From NCBI GenBank assembly GCA_024404875.1, contig JAKSPK010000003.1:16497-80496 (forward strand): 64,000 nucleotides of DNA, in the 5' to 3' direction. The notes under the pieces are model-generated. The model searched no databases and was not told the origin of the DNA. It was given only the letters and a program-made list of their open reading frames with translations. How positions within the stretch are numbered: position 1 is the stretch's first letter; every line of letters begins with the position of its first letter. This document shows, piece by piece, positions 45,707-55,251 of this stretch. Source of the DNA: Oscillospiraceae bacterium. GTDB lineage: Bacteria; Bacillota; Clostridia; Oscillospirales; Ruminococcaceae. A program made the position numbers and the translations under genes.

Positions 45707-48130
45707 ATGAACACAATCAGCCGCGTAATGCGCAGGCTGAGCAGCGCACTGCTTTCCTGTGCGCTGCTGTCCGGCAGCATCCTGCCGATGCCGCTTTCTG
45801 TATCAGCAGCAGGCGGAAGCTGCGGCACATCCGCTGCATGGGACTATACCGACGGCAAGCTGACGATCAGCGGAACCGGCGCGGTCTCCAATGTAGCATG
45901 GGGTGTATACCGCAATTCGATCACATCCGTCACGATTGAGGACGGCATCACGGCGCTGCCCGCGCACGCATTCGACAGCTGCTCGGCACTCAAAGAGCTT
46001 TATATGGCTGACAGCGTGACGAACATGGGCAACTATATGTGTAATTATTGCAGTCAGCTGACGACGGTCCGGCTCTCACAGAATCTCACACAAATCAATA
46101 CCCAGGCGTTCAACAGCTGTACAAAGCTCATGCCGTTTACACTTCCGCCCAATCTTGTTTCGATCGGCAGCACTGCTTTTTACGGCAATCTCGCACTGAC
46201 AGAACTCACGCTGCCCGATACGGTCACAAGCATCGGAGCCAGCGCATTTTACGGCACCAATATTCAGACTGTCACGCTCAGCAGTTCGCTTCAGTCAATC
46301 GGTTCGAAAGCATTCGGAATGTCCTGCTTCAAGTCCATCGCAATTCCGGAAAGCGTGACGATAATTGAAACCGATGCGATCGGCAAGTACTATGATGAAA
46401 TCAAATACCAGAACAATAAAATGGTCGGTACCTATGTCGGTGCCCCCGGCATCACAACAATCTACGGCAAAGCGGGCTCTGCGGCACAGACATATGCAAA
46501 CGCTGCCGGACTAAATTTCGTGGCGATCGGCAGCTCGGAGCATTCTCATGTCTGGTCGGCCTGGGGGGTCACAGCAGCCGTAACCTGTACCGCAAACGGA
46601 AAGCGTGAACGCACCTGCTCCGGATGCGGTGTGACAGAAACCGAAACCATTCAGGCGACAGGACATCAGTGGAGCAGCTGGAGCGTCAAGGAAGCCGGCT
46701 GTGAGACAACCGGTGAGCGTTCGCGTATCTGCACAGTCTGCGGCACCGGTGAACAAGAGATTTTGCTTGCAAACGGACACAATTACGGTGACTGGACTGT
46801 CGAGACCGAAGCCTCCTGCGGAGTGACCGGCTCCCGCTTCCGCGAATGCAAAGACTGCGGAAAACGCGAGTATCAGATGAGCGCTGCACTGGCTCATTCC
46901 TTCGGCGAGTGGATCACGGATTATCCCGCAAACTACAACTCCGAAGGCCGAGAACACCGCGTATGTTCAAACTGCGGAGAGACCGAGTACCGTTCGATTC
47001 CGGCGATGTCACATTCTTTCGGTGAATGGCGCGTTGAAAAGGCTGCATCCTGTACCGAAAACGGCACCGAAGTTCGGGAATGCGCTGACTGCGGTCTGAA
47101 AGAATACCGCGAAATCTTTGCAGCCGGACATGATTTCTCGGATTGGATAATGGAATCGTCACCAAGCTGCGACACATCCGGCAGAAACTATACCGAATGT
47201 TCCAGATGCGGCTACAGGGAATACAGGGATATCCCAGCAGCCGGCCACAGTTGGGGCAACTGGCAAACCGTCAGAGAACCTTCAATCTATGATGCCGGAA
47301 TCTCCGAACGAGTTTGCAGCGTCTGCGGCAGCAAGCAGTCTGTCGCGATTCCGAAGCGCGGCAGCTTTACGGTCAGCACAATGGCTTCCGGTCAGGGCGG
47401 CAGCATCTCACCATACGGCGAAACACTCGTTGAAGCTGGCGGCAGTCTCACGATCCGCGTCTCACCAGATGCCGGATATCATCTCCAGTCCATACTGCTT
47501 GACGGCGCGGAAACATTTCTGCTCAACGGCGAGCTGACGATCTCAGATATTCGCGAGAACCATACGGTTGCTGCGGTATTTGAAAAGGATGCGCCGGTAC
47601 AGACCAGAAGCTGTACGATGATCTCGGCATCGTCCAAGGTCGCTGCATGGCGCACGGATGACACAGATATTGCAAATATTGCGAATTATTCGATCCTTGC
47701 TTATATTTCCGAAAACGGCAATGCAGGCTGGCAGAATATCACGGAAAGCTGTGTCTGTCAGGGCATGCCCGATCTCTCGCAGGAAGGGAGCGCAAAGCTG
47801 ACATTCCGCTATCAGGGCGGCGACAGTGCGGTATCTGCTTATGCAAACAGCAATACAATCACGCTGACCGTCCCCTGCCATCTGCGCGGTGACGGAGACT
47901 TCAGCCGCAGCATTTCCAGCAAGGATGCATTACAGGCATTGCAGGCCTATACCGCAGACATCACCGGCTCCAGCGAATACAAGCTGAACGATATTGAACA
48001 GCGAATCCTGGATGTTGACAACTCCGGCAAAGTGGATCTGCGGGATGCAATGGCGATCCTGATCTTCTTTACCGAACAGATGATCAGCAACCAGCCAACA
48101 TGGCAGCAGGTTCTCGCTCAGCTCAGCTGA
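45707..48130 (+). CDS. Secreted leucine-rich-repeat (BspA-like) protein with His/Cys tandem modules, an InlB-B-repeat-like domain and a C-terminal dockerin
   Basis: The start is at the ATG at 45707 (SD GAGGGGG), with signal peptide MNTISRVMRRLSSALLSCALLSGSILPMPLSVSAA. The LRRs carry ...SVTSIGASAFYG... motifs. The dockerin Ca-loop is DVDNSGKVDLRDAMAIL. Confidence 0.8.
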   Translation: MNTISRVMRRLSSALLSCALLSGSILPMPLSVSAAGGSCGTSAAWDYTDGKLTISGTGAVSNVAWGVYRNSITSVTIEDGITALPAHAFDSCSALKELYMADSVTNMGNYMCNYCSQLTTVRLSQNLTQINTQAFNSCTKLMPFTLPPNLVSIGSTAFYGNLALTELTLPDTVTSIGASAFYGTNIQTVTLSSSLQSIGSKAFGMSCFKSIAIPESVTIIETDAIGKYYDEIKYQNNKMVGTYVGAPGITTIYGKAGSAAQTYANAAGLNFVAIGSSEHSHVWSAWGVTAAVTCTANGKRERTCSGCGVTETETIQATGHQWSSWSVKEAGCETTGERSRICTVCGTGEQEILLANGHNYGDWTVETEASCGVTGSRFRECKDCGKREYQMSAALAHSFGEWITDYPANYNSEGREHRVCSNCGETEYRSIPAMSHSFGEWRVEKAASCTENGTEVRECADCGLKEYREIFAAGHDFSDWIMESSPSCDTSGRNYTECSRCGYREYRDIPAAGHSWGNWQTVREPSIYDAGISERVCSVCGSKQSVAIPKRGSFTVSTMASGQGGSISPYGETLVEAGGSLTIRVSPDAGYHLQSILLDGAETFLLNGELTISDIRENHTVAAVFEKDAPVQTRSCTMISASSKVAAWRTDDTDIANIANYSILAYISENGNAGWQNITESCVCQGMPDLSQEGSAKLTFRYQGGDSAVSAYANSNTITLTVPCHLRGDGDFSRSISSKDALQALQAYTADITGSSEYKLNDIEQRILDVDNSGKVDLRDAMAILIFFTEQMISNQPTWQQVLAQLS
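46541..47355 (+). repeat. Seven tandem ~39-codon coding repeats (H-x-W/F-G/S-x-W ... C-x9-C-x2-C-G-x2-E)
   Basis: Read directly from the translation: HVWSAW..CTANGKRERTCSGCG, HQWSSW..CETTGERSRICTVCG, HNYGDW..CGVTGSRFRECKDCG, HSFGEW..RVCSNCG, HSFGEW..CTENGTEVRECADCG, HDFSDW..CDTSGRNYTECSRCG, HSWGNW..RVCSVCG. Confidence 0.85.
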
Positions 48131-48176
48131 ACAGACGAATTGATATGACAATACCAACCACATAGGGGGAGAAAGA

Positions 48177-48216
48177 GCAAGTCCGCACCGGAGTCTAGGA
48201 GCCGGTGCGGACTTGC
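48177..48216. terminator. Bidirectional terminator (perfect 15-bp stem) between convergent genes
   Basis: GCAAGTCCGCACCGG-agtctaggag-CCGGTGCGGACTTGC. Confidence 0.7.
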
Positions 48217-48249
48217 CGCATTTCTTCATACAACACTGCATTAATGGAC

Positions 48250-49092
48250 TCATTCCTTCAATCCTCCGGATTCCGGCGCGGCACTGCGCTGCGATGCGAA
48301 AAACAGTATGATCTGCGGCAGCATCGCAATGCAGCAAACTGCCAGCACACGGTTCCATGCAAACCCGCTGTCCGCATCCATTGAGAGCTTCACATAAACA
48401 GAAAGCGGATAACGCGCAGGTGTTTTCACATAGAGCAGCGGCCCCATGTAGTCGTTCACTGTCCAGAGCAGCTGCAAAACACCCACGGACATCAGGACCG
48501 GCCGAAGCTGCGGCACAAGAATATACCACAGTATTTGCAGCGAATTGCAGCCGTCGAGCCGCGCCGCTTCATCATAGGTGCGCGGGATGCTGCGGATAAA
48601 CTGGATCAGCATGATAACCAGAACCGTGTCGCCGGCGAGCGCTGCCGGAACGATCAGCGGCAGATAATGCGGCGAGTCGATCCAGCCAAGCCGATTGAAC
48701 AGGATGAACTGCGGCACATATAACACTGTCTGCGGCAGAAAGACTGTCGCAAAAAGCAGTGCTGTCAAAAGCCGCTTCCCCGCAAACCGGAACCGCGCAA
48801 AGCCGTAAGCCGTCAGCGTAACGGAAATCAGCGTCAGCAGCATTTTCGGCAGCGCGATCATATATGTATTGCGCAGCGCTTTCATCAGACTGATCTGTCC
48901 GCCATAGGACGCAAACGCATTGCGCCAGCCATCAAATGTCACGGAACGCGGGAACAGTCCCGCATCGGAAAACAGCTCCGAATTGCTGCGGAATGTCGCA
49001 CTCACGAGCCAGAGCAGCGGGAAGATCATCACGGCCGCGCCGGCACTCAATATCACCATACGCAGAAGGCGCTCCCGTCTGACACGCTTCAT
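48250..49092 (-). CDS. Carbohydrate ABC transporter permease (MalG-like)
   Basis: 280 aa, 6 TM, EAA loop YDEAARLDGCNSLQILWYILVPQLRP. Confidence 0.88.
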   Translation of the reverse strand: MKRVRRERLLRMVILSAGAAVMIFPLLWLVSATFRSNSELFSDAGLFPRSVTFDGWRNAFASYGGQISLMKALRNTYMIALPKMLLTLISVTLTAYGFARFRFAGKRLLTALLFATVFLPQTVLYVPQFILFNRLGWIDSPHYLPLIVPAALAGDTVLVIMLIQFIRSIPRTYDEAARLDGCNSLQILWYILVPQLRPVLMSVGVLQLLWTVNDYMGPLLYVKTPARYPLSVYVKLSMDADSGFAWNRVLAVCCIAMLPQIILFFASQRSAAPESGGLKE

Positions 49093-49994
49093 GCTTTAGC
49101 CTCCCCGTCCGGATCATAAACGAACCGCCGCCGCAGAAGCAGAAACCCCGCACTAACTGATGCCGACAGCAGAAATAACACCCACGCCAGCGCACAGGCA
49201 TAGCCCATTTCATTCGCTGTGAATGCACTGCGATAAAGCAGCAGCGAAAACAGCGTCGTCGCACCGCGCGGCCCGCCGTCCGTAATGACAAAGGGGGCAT
49301 TGAACTCCTGCATCGCCGCACAGAATCCCAGCATCAGATTATAGTACAGCACCGGGGAGATCATCGGCAGCTTGACCGAGAAAAATGTGCGCAGCTTTCC
49401 CGCGCCGTCGAGGGCTGCTGCATCAGCATATTCCTGCGGAATCTGCTGAAGAGCCGCCAGCAGCATCAGCATCGGAGAGCCGAATTCCCAGACACGCAGC
49501 AGGATAATGGTCCACATCGCGGAATGCGGCTCCGCAAGCCAAGAATGCACCGGAAGATGCAGCGCCGTGAGCATCGCATTAACCACGCCGTGATCGCGGA
49601 ACATCGCCTTCCAGAGCACCGATGCCGCAACTGATCCGCCGAGGATCGAGGGCAGATAATAAAGCGTCCGGAAGATCCGGATGCCGCGGAGCTGCTTCGC
49701 AAGCAGGGCTGCACATAACAGTGCCGCACCAATCTTCAGCGGTACGCTCAGAAATGCGAATTTCAGCGTCAGGCCGATCGAATGCATTGTCTCGGAATCT
49801 TCAAAAATGCGAACATAATTCATCATGCCGGTCTGCGATACACCGCGAAACAGATTGAAATCGGTAAAACCGCAGATCAGTGAATACAGCATCGGCGCCG
49901 CCTGAAAGATCAGAAAGCCAATCAGCCACGGCAAAATATAAAGAAGATGCCGGTTCCGTCTGAGGAAACCGGCAGATCGGTTTTGATTCAGCAT
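49089..49994 (-). CDS. Carbohydrate ABC transporter permease (MalF-like)
   Basis: EAA loop ADAAALDGAGKLRTFFSVKLPMISP. The start was chosen at the ATG at 49994 (SD GGAGGAG 6 nt upstream); the track start is 50030. Confidence 0.88.
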   Translation of the reverse strand: MLNQNRSAGFLRRNRHLLYILPWLIGFLIFQAAPMLYSLICGFTDFNLFRGVSQTGMMNYVRIFEDSETMHSIGLTLKFAFLSVPLKIGAALLCAALLAKQLRGIRIFRTLYYLPSILGGSVAASVLWKAMFRDHGVVNAMLTALHLPVHSWLAEPHSAMWTIILLRVWEFGSPMLMLLAALQQIPQEYADAAALDGAGKLRTFFSVKLPMISPVLYYNLMLGFCAAMQEFNAPFVITDGGPRGATTLFSLLLYRSAFTANEMGYACALAWVLFLLSASVSAGFLLLRRRFVYDPDGEAKA

Positions 49995-50016
49995 ATCGTT
50001 CTCCTCCGGCGGATGC

Positions 50017-51132
50017 TCAAAACGCTGCACAGCGCTGCGCAGCCGCCGTTTTCTGATTCCGGATGCGCACCGCCTCCGCCATCATCAGGACACCTGTGCC
50101 TTTCGGATCATCTGAAACGACCGGCTCCGAAAGATAATAGGCTGCAGTCCCGTCGCGGTGATCCGCACCGCCGAGCCCGGCTGCGCTGCAGATGCCGCAG
50201 AGCGAAATGCCGCCGTCGGTCTGCACGAGCTTTTCGCGCTTCACCGCTTCGAGCATCTCCGCACCCGCCTGGAATGCATCCTCCGGCAAGGCCTGAAGCT
50301 CTGCGCCGTACATCATTGCATAGGCTGCCATCAGACTGCCGGATGTCTCCTCATAATTGCCAGCAGCAGGCGGCTGATCCGCGATCTGACAGAGCATGCC
50401 GTTTTCCGTGCGGAACGGCAGCAGCGCACCAACCGCATCCTGAAGCGTTTCCGCGAGGAATCCGCGCAGCTCCGCTTCCGATTCCGGCAGCAGCGCGATC
50501 GTATCGGTCAGCGCCATGAGAAACCAGCCGATACCGCGCAGCCAGCAGGAACGCGAAAGTCCGGTCACAGGATCCGCCCAGTGCTGTGTGCGGGATTCGT
50601 CCAGCGCATGATAGAAGAGTCCTGTTTCAGGATCGCGCATATGCGCAGTGACATAATGGAATGCACGGCTGATCTCTGCAAAGCAGCTGCTGTCGCCGGT
50701 ACGCTTTGCATATTCCGCGAGGAATGGTGCGAACATATAAACGCCGTCAATCCAGACCTGTTCCGGATAAATCTGCTTATGCCAGAAGATGCCGCTGCCC
50801 GTCCGCGGATGCACAGCAAGCTGCTCCGCCTGCCAGTGTGCAGCAGCGGCATAGCGCTCATCGTGTGTCAGATCATAGGCGAAAAAGAGCACCTTGCTGC
50901 AATTAAAGCTGTCCAGCGCATTCCGGCTGACCGGATATCCCGGAATAGAACCGTCCGGCCGGACGCGTTCCGCCAGATACTGCAAAACAAATTCTGCGTA
51001 GCAGGCAGCACCAGTCGCCTGAAACATCCGGATGCACCCGAGCAGCACGCAGCCGTCCTCATAATTCCAGTAATCCTTAAACGGCCGGTAATGCTTCAGA
51101 TAATCCTGAAAATACTGTTCTGTCATGGTCAT
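50017..51132 (-). CDS. Glycoside hydrolase family 88/105 (unsaturated glucuronyl/rhamnogalacturonyl hydrolase)
   Basis: 371 aa. YWNYEDGCVLLG..., FWHKQIYPEQVWIDGVYMFAPFLAEYA is typical of YteR/UGL-type (alpha/alpha)6 hydrolases. It has an ATGA overlap with the binding-protein gene. Confidence 0.8.
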   Translation of the reverse strand: MTMTEQYFQDYLKHYRPFKDYWNYEDGCVLLGCIRMFQATGAACYAEFVLQYLAERVRPDGSIPGYPVSRNALDSFNCSKVLFFAYDLTHDERYAAAAHWQAEQLAVHPRTGSGIFWHKQIYPEQVWIDGVYMFAPFLAEYAKRTGDSSCFAEISRAFHYVTAHMRDPETGLFYHALDESRTQHWADPVTGLSRSCWLRGIGWFLMALTDTIALLPESEAELRGFLAETLQDAVGALLPFRTENGMLCQIADQPPAAGNYEETSGSLMAAYAMMYGAELQALPEDAFQAGAEMLEAVKREKLVQTDGGISLCGICSAAGLGGADHRDGTAAYYLSEPVVSDDPKGTGVLMMAEAVRIRNQKTAAAQRCAAF

Positions 51133-52406
51133 TCTCCGGCAAGGGCAGCCTGAATTCCGGCACAGAGCCGTTCTGCCGCTTGGGAAACCGAGTAATCACC
51201 GTAGCTCAGTCCGGTGAACACATCCTCATAGAGACCCCCATCTCCTTTAAGAGAGGCGTGTTCAAAATCCGGATCAATTCTTAGCGTAATGTAATCATTC
51301 ATCGTGCTGTATGCTTTCGCAGCGATATCGCCGAGCAGATCCGCCTCTTCACAGATCTCATAGGCACGATGATTCAGCGGTACGCCGCGCTCCGTTCCGA
51401 GCAGCGTAACCGCTTTTTCATTGCTGACCAGGTAGGCGATCAGCTCTGCGCAGGCCTCCGGCGAAGCGGTATGCTTCGAGATCGCAAAACCCTGCGCAAT
51501 CTTGGAAAATCCGCCGTGGCAGCTGCCGAGGTCATCGAAATATTGCCCGACGATCAATTCCTGTCCTTCGGCAAGTGCATCGACAAATTTGCCGGCGGAG
51601 GAATCCCATTCGTAAATGCCGGCATATTTGCCGGTGATAAAACTCTCGTCCTTATCAAAGCTGTCCGCGCCGCCGCCCGCAATCTGCTTCAGCGGCGGAA
51701 TCACATGATCCGCTTCCATCTGCACAATGTGCTGCATTCCTGCCTCAATCTCCGCCTGCGAATACTGCAGAACACCGTTCTTCACCCATTCGCGTCCGTA
51801 ACGGCACTGCAGATCATAGACGAGAAAAAGCATCCGGTCATACCAGCCGAGTGCCAGCGGATACCATTCCTCGCCGAGCTTCTCGCGGAAGATTCTGCCG
51901 GCCTCGCAAAGTGCGGAAAAACTCTCCGGCACTGACAATCCGGCAGCCGCATAGGTTGTCCCGTTCCAAAAGAAAACACGCCCTGTTTCGCTGAGCGGCA
52001 GGCAAAGCAGCTTGCCGTCAACGGTACACATATCCAGTACATCCTTGTCGTACTGCTGCAAATCAATGATGCTGCGGAATGCGTTCAGGTCAAGGAATCC
52101 GGCACTCTCCGAGCAGTAGTCGGTGATCCAGTTCTGATTGACCTGCATGACATCCGGCTCGGTGCCAGCATAGAGCGCAGCGGCAGCAGCCTCCTCCCAG
52201 CCGTTCCATGCGCCGTATTCGGTACGAACGGCGATATCCGGATGATCTGCAGTGAAGCTGTCAACAGCGGCCTGCGTAGCCTGATGGCGGGACTGTCCTC
52301 CCCACCATGAGAACCGGATCCCGGTGCCGCTGCCGGACTCTCCGCATCCGGTACAGCACAGCATGACCGCGGCCGTGACACACAGCGTCCCCACTCGTTT
52401 TTGCAT
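51129..52406 (-). CDS. ABC transporter extracellular solute-binding lipoprotein (sugar)
   Basis: The start is at the ATG at 52406, giving MQKRVGTLCVTAAVMLCCTGCG (lipobox). It has family 1 SBP size and layout. Confidence 0.85.
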   Translation of the reverse strand: MQKRVGTLCVTAAVMLCCTGCGESGSGTGIRFSWWGGQSRHQATQAAVDSFTADHPDIAVRTEYGAWNGWEEAAAAALYAGTEPDVMQVNQNWITDYCSESAGFLDLNAFRSIIDLQQYDKDVLDMCTVDGKLLCLPLSETGRVFFWNGTTYAAAGLSVPESFSALCEAGRIFREKLGEEWYPLALGWYDRMLFLVYDLQCRYGREWVKNGVLQYSQAEIEAGMQHIVQMEADHVIPPLKQIAGGGADSFDKDESFITGKYAGIYEWDSSAGKFVDALAEGQELIVGQYFDDLGSCHGGFSKIAQGFAISKHTASPEACAELIAYLVSNEKAVTLLGTERGVPLNHRAYEICEEADLLGDIAAKAYSTMNDYITLRIDPDFEHASLKGDGGLYEDVFTGLSYGDYSVSQAAERLCAGIQAALAGE

Positions 52407-52470
52407 CACATACTCCATTCATGCTTTCTGGCGCAGCGCACATCTGCGCCGCACCGATCCTCTCCTGCAT

Positions 52471-52499
52471 ATTATAACGGTTTTCCGCCTGCTTGTCAA
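52471..52499 (-). promoter_or_regulatory. Sigma-A-type promoter TTGACA-17-TATAAT for the sugar-uptake operon
   Basis: The minus strand reads TTGACAagcaggcggaaaaccgtTATAAT. Confidence 0.6.
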
Positions 52500-52603
52500 T
52501 GTACAATTGTCCGATGTTCCTTTGCAATCATCCGCTGCGGGAGCGTTTTTTATGCACCCAGCCGAAATTGCGAGAAAATCATACTGTTATCGGGTTTTGC
52601 TTA

Positions 52604-52632
52604 TTGCTTTTTTTTTATTTTTATGGTATACT
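52604..52632 (+). promoter_or_regulatory. Sigma-A-type promoter TTGCTT-17-TATACT (TGn) for the atp operon
   Basis: The plus strand reads TTGCTTtttttttatttttatggTATACT. Confidence 0.55.
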
Positions 52633-52662
52633 GTTTAGAGAATCGGAAAAGGAGGCATCGGT

Positions 52663-53076
52663 ATGCCATCAGACAGCCCGGCGCGGGAAATTCGCGCTCT
52701 GATGAAGCGTGCGGTATTTCTGGATATTGCGGCTTATCTCATCAGCGTACTGTTTCTCGGACTGACGCTGTCCTTCGCGCTCGGACTGCTCCTCGGAACT
52801 GCGGTTCTGCTGATCACGCTGCTTCTGCTTCGGATCAGCGTCCTGCATATGGAGGAGGACGCAAGGCGCTTCGGCACATCCAGCCAGCGGCGGCATCTGC
52901 TTTTCTATGCGGCAAGGCTTGGCGTTTTCGCACTGGGATTCGGTGCAGCGCTGCTCCTGCGCAGCAGGATCTCGCCGGTTGCTGTTGTGATCCCGATGCT
53001 GTATCCGCGCATCGTCTATACCGCCGGCGCGCTGTTGTTCCGGACCGATTCTGCATCCGGCAAAAAAAAGAGGTGA
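52663..53076 (+). CDS. atpI: ATP synthase protein I (AtpI/AtpZ-like small membrane protein)
   Basis: 137 aa, 4 hydrophobic segments. It is the first cistron of the atp operon. SD AAGGAGG. Confidence 0.7.
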   Translation: MPSDSPAREIRALMKRAVFLDIAAYLISVLFLGLTLSFALGLLLGTAVLLITLLLLRISVLHMEEDARRFGTSSQRRHLLFYAARLGVFALGFGAALLLRSRISPVAVVIPMLYPRIVYTAGALLFRTDSASGKKKR

Positions 53077-53088
53077 AAAGCAACAGTT

Positions 53089-53853
53089 ATGGCAATCCCC
53101 GAATTTTTGCAGGGGCCGTCGGAGCTTGATGTCTCCGGCCCGAAAGTCATTACATCCTTCAAGCTCTTCGGCCTGACGATCAATTTCACAGAGACCGTCG
53201 TACTGGAATGGATCGTCATGGCGATCATCATCGGGCTGGTGATCTTCCTGACGCGGAATCTGCGCGTGCGGAATATTTCCAAACGGCAGGCGGTTGCGGA
53301 AATGGCGGTCGAGGCGATCTCGAATCTCGTCCGTGATACGATGGGAAAACGATTTCTCAGTTTCACGCCCTACATCGCAACGATCTTCTGCTTCTCGATC
53401 TTCGGCAGCCTCATCAGTCTGCTCGGTCTGCGCGCCGTGACCTCGGATTTCTCCGTCCTGCTGACATGGGCGGCGATCACATTCATTCTCATCACGGCAA
53501 CCAAGATCCGCTTCGGCGGTGTCGGCGGCTATCTCAAGGGCTTTGCAGATCCGATCCCTGTCATGCTGCCGATCAACATTCTGAGTGAAGTCGCGACACC
53601 AACTGCAATGGCGCTCCGTCATTTCGGTAACATCGCCGGCGGCTCAATCATCATGGGACTGGTCTATTACGGCCTGACCGCGCTCTGCCACATGATCCGC
53701 CTGCAGATTCCGATTCTGACGGTCGGTATCCCGGCAGTCCTGTCACTCTATTTTGACCTGTTCTCTGACTTCATGCAGGCATTCATTTTCATCATGCTGA
53801 CAATGGTATTCATCAGCAATGCGGGTCCTGCGGATGACGCAGCCGAAGCCTGA
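53089..53853 (+). CDS. atpB: F0F1 ATP synthase subunit a
   Basis: 254 aa with the conserved Arg region ALRHFGNIAGG. Confidence 0.92.
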   Translation: MAIPEFLQGPSELDVSGPKVITSFKLFGLTINFTETVVLEWIVMAIIIGLVIFLTRNLRVRNISKRQAVAEMAVEAISNLVRDTMGKRFLSFTPYIATIFCFSIFGSLISLLGLRAVTSDFSVLLTWAAITFILITATKIRFGGVGGYLKGFADPIPVMLPINILSEVATPTAMALRHFGNIAGGSIIMGLVYYGLTALCHMIRLQIPILTVGIPAVLSLYFDLFSDFMQAFIFIMLTMVFISNAGPADDAAEA

Positions 53854-53908
53854 GCGCTCCCCTGCCCCGTCCCCGCATCCCAAAACACATTTTTTTCGGA
53901 GGTATTGA

Positions 53909-54163
<255 letters not shown>

Positions 54164-54199
54164 TTCGGCTGAAATACAGATCAGAGAGGCTGGGACTAT

Positions 54200-54700
54200 A
54201 TGAAACTCGGATTTTTATCCATTGACATCGGCACCATTCTCTTTACCCTCTGCAATACGCTGATCCTGTTTCTCGCACTGAAGCACTTCCTCTTTGCGCC
54301 GGTGCAGAAGATCCTCTCAGAGCGCAAAGCGGCCGTCGATCAGACGCTCGCAGACGCAGAGGATGCCCGCAGCCGCGCAGAAGCCGCAGAAACAGAGTAT
54401 AACGAGAAGCTCGCAAATGCAAAGGAAGAATCTGCGGAGATGCTCCGGACGGCAACCCGCCGCGCACAGCAGCGCTCGGATGAGATTGTTGCGCAGGCGC
54501 GCGAGGAGGCAGCCGGCATCATGCAGCAGAACCGCGATGAGCTGGAGCGTGAGCGCCGCAGAGCAGCAAGCGCCCTGCGCAGCGAAATCTCCGGACTGGC
54601 AGTTGCAGCGGCAGAGAAGGTCGTCGAACGTGAGATCAATCAGGCAGATCACGAAAGACTGATTGATGAATTTATTGATTCGGTGGGTGATGTACAGTGA
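54200..54700 (+). CDS. atpF: F0F1 ATP synthase subunit b
   Basis: 166 aa with an N-terminal TM followed by a long charged helix. Confidence 0.88.
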   Translation: MKLGFLSIDIGTILFTLCNTLILFLALKHFLFAPVQKILSERKAAVDQTLADAEDARSRAEAAETEYNEKLANAKEESAEMLRTATRRAQQRSDEIVAQAREEAAGIMQQNRDELERERRRAASALRSEISGLAVAAAEKVVEREINQADHERLIDEFIDSVGDVQ

Positions 54701-55227
54701 GCTCGGAGGTTTCTTCCGTTTATTCGGGTGCGCTGTTTTCACTCGCGAAGGAACAAGGCGATACAGTCATGCAGCAGACGCGAAATGATCTGCGGCAGTG
54801 TGCACTGATGTTCTCGCTCAATCCCGATCTGACAAGGCTGCTCTCGCTGCCGACGGTCTCCGTTTCGGAGCGGCAGCAGATCGCTGAAAAAATCTTCGGG
54901 GATGAGGGACTTGCTGCCCGTCTGCTCCTGCTGCTGATCGACCACGGCAGAGTCTCGTATATCGGCGAGATCGCAGACGATTTCGATGCAATGATGCTCG
55001 AATTCAACGATCTGGCAGTTGTCAGCGTGACCACTGCCGTCCCGCTGAGCGAGACACAGCAGGAACGTCTGCGCACGGCACTCGAACGCAGAATGCATAA
55101 GACTGTGCAGATCCGTGAGCGAATCGACCGCAGTATTCTCGGCGGCGTAATTGTGCAGTACGGCGATACGCGGATCGACAACAGCGTGAAATACCGTCTG
55201 GATGCGCTGAAGAAGCGTCTCTCCTGA
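54697..55227 (+). CDS. atpH: F0F1 ATP synthase subunit delta
   Basis: 176 aa, OSCP-like, with C-terminus GGVIVQYGDTRIDNSVKYRL. It has a 4-nt overlap with atpF. Confidence 0.88.
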   Translation: MSSEVSSVYSGALFSLAKEQGDTVMQQTRNDLRQCALMFSLNPDLTRLLSLPTVSVSERQQIAEKIFGDEGLAARLLLLLIDHGRVSYIGEIADDFDAMMLEFNDLAVVSVTTAVPLSETQQERLRTALERRMHKTVQIRERIDRSILGGVIVQYGDTRIDNSVKYRLDALKKRLS

Positions 55228-55251
55228 CGGAAACAGTTGGTAGGTGTAAGA

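Noticed and set aside
52669-53622. 317-aa minus-strand ORF
   Set aside because: It is antisense to atpI and atpB. The highly charged, low-complexity translation has no plausible start context.
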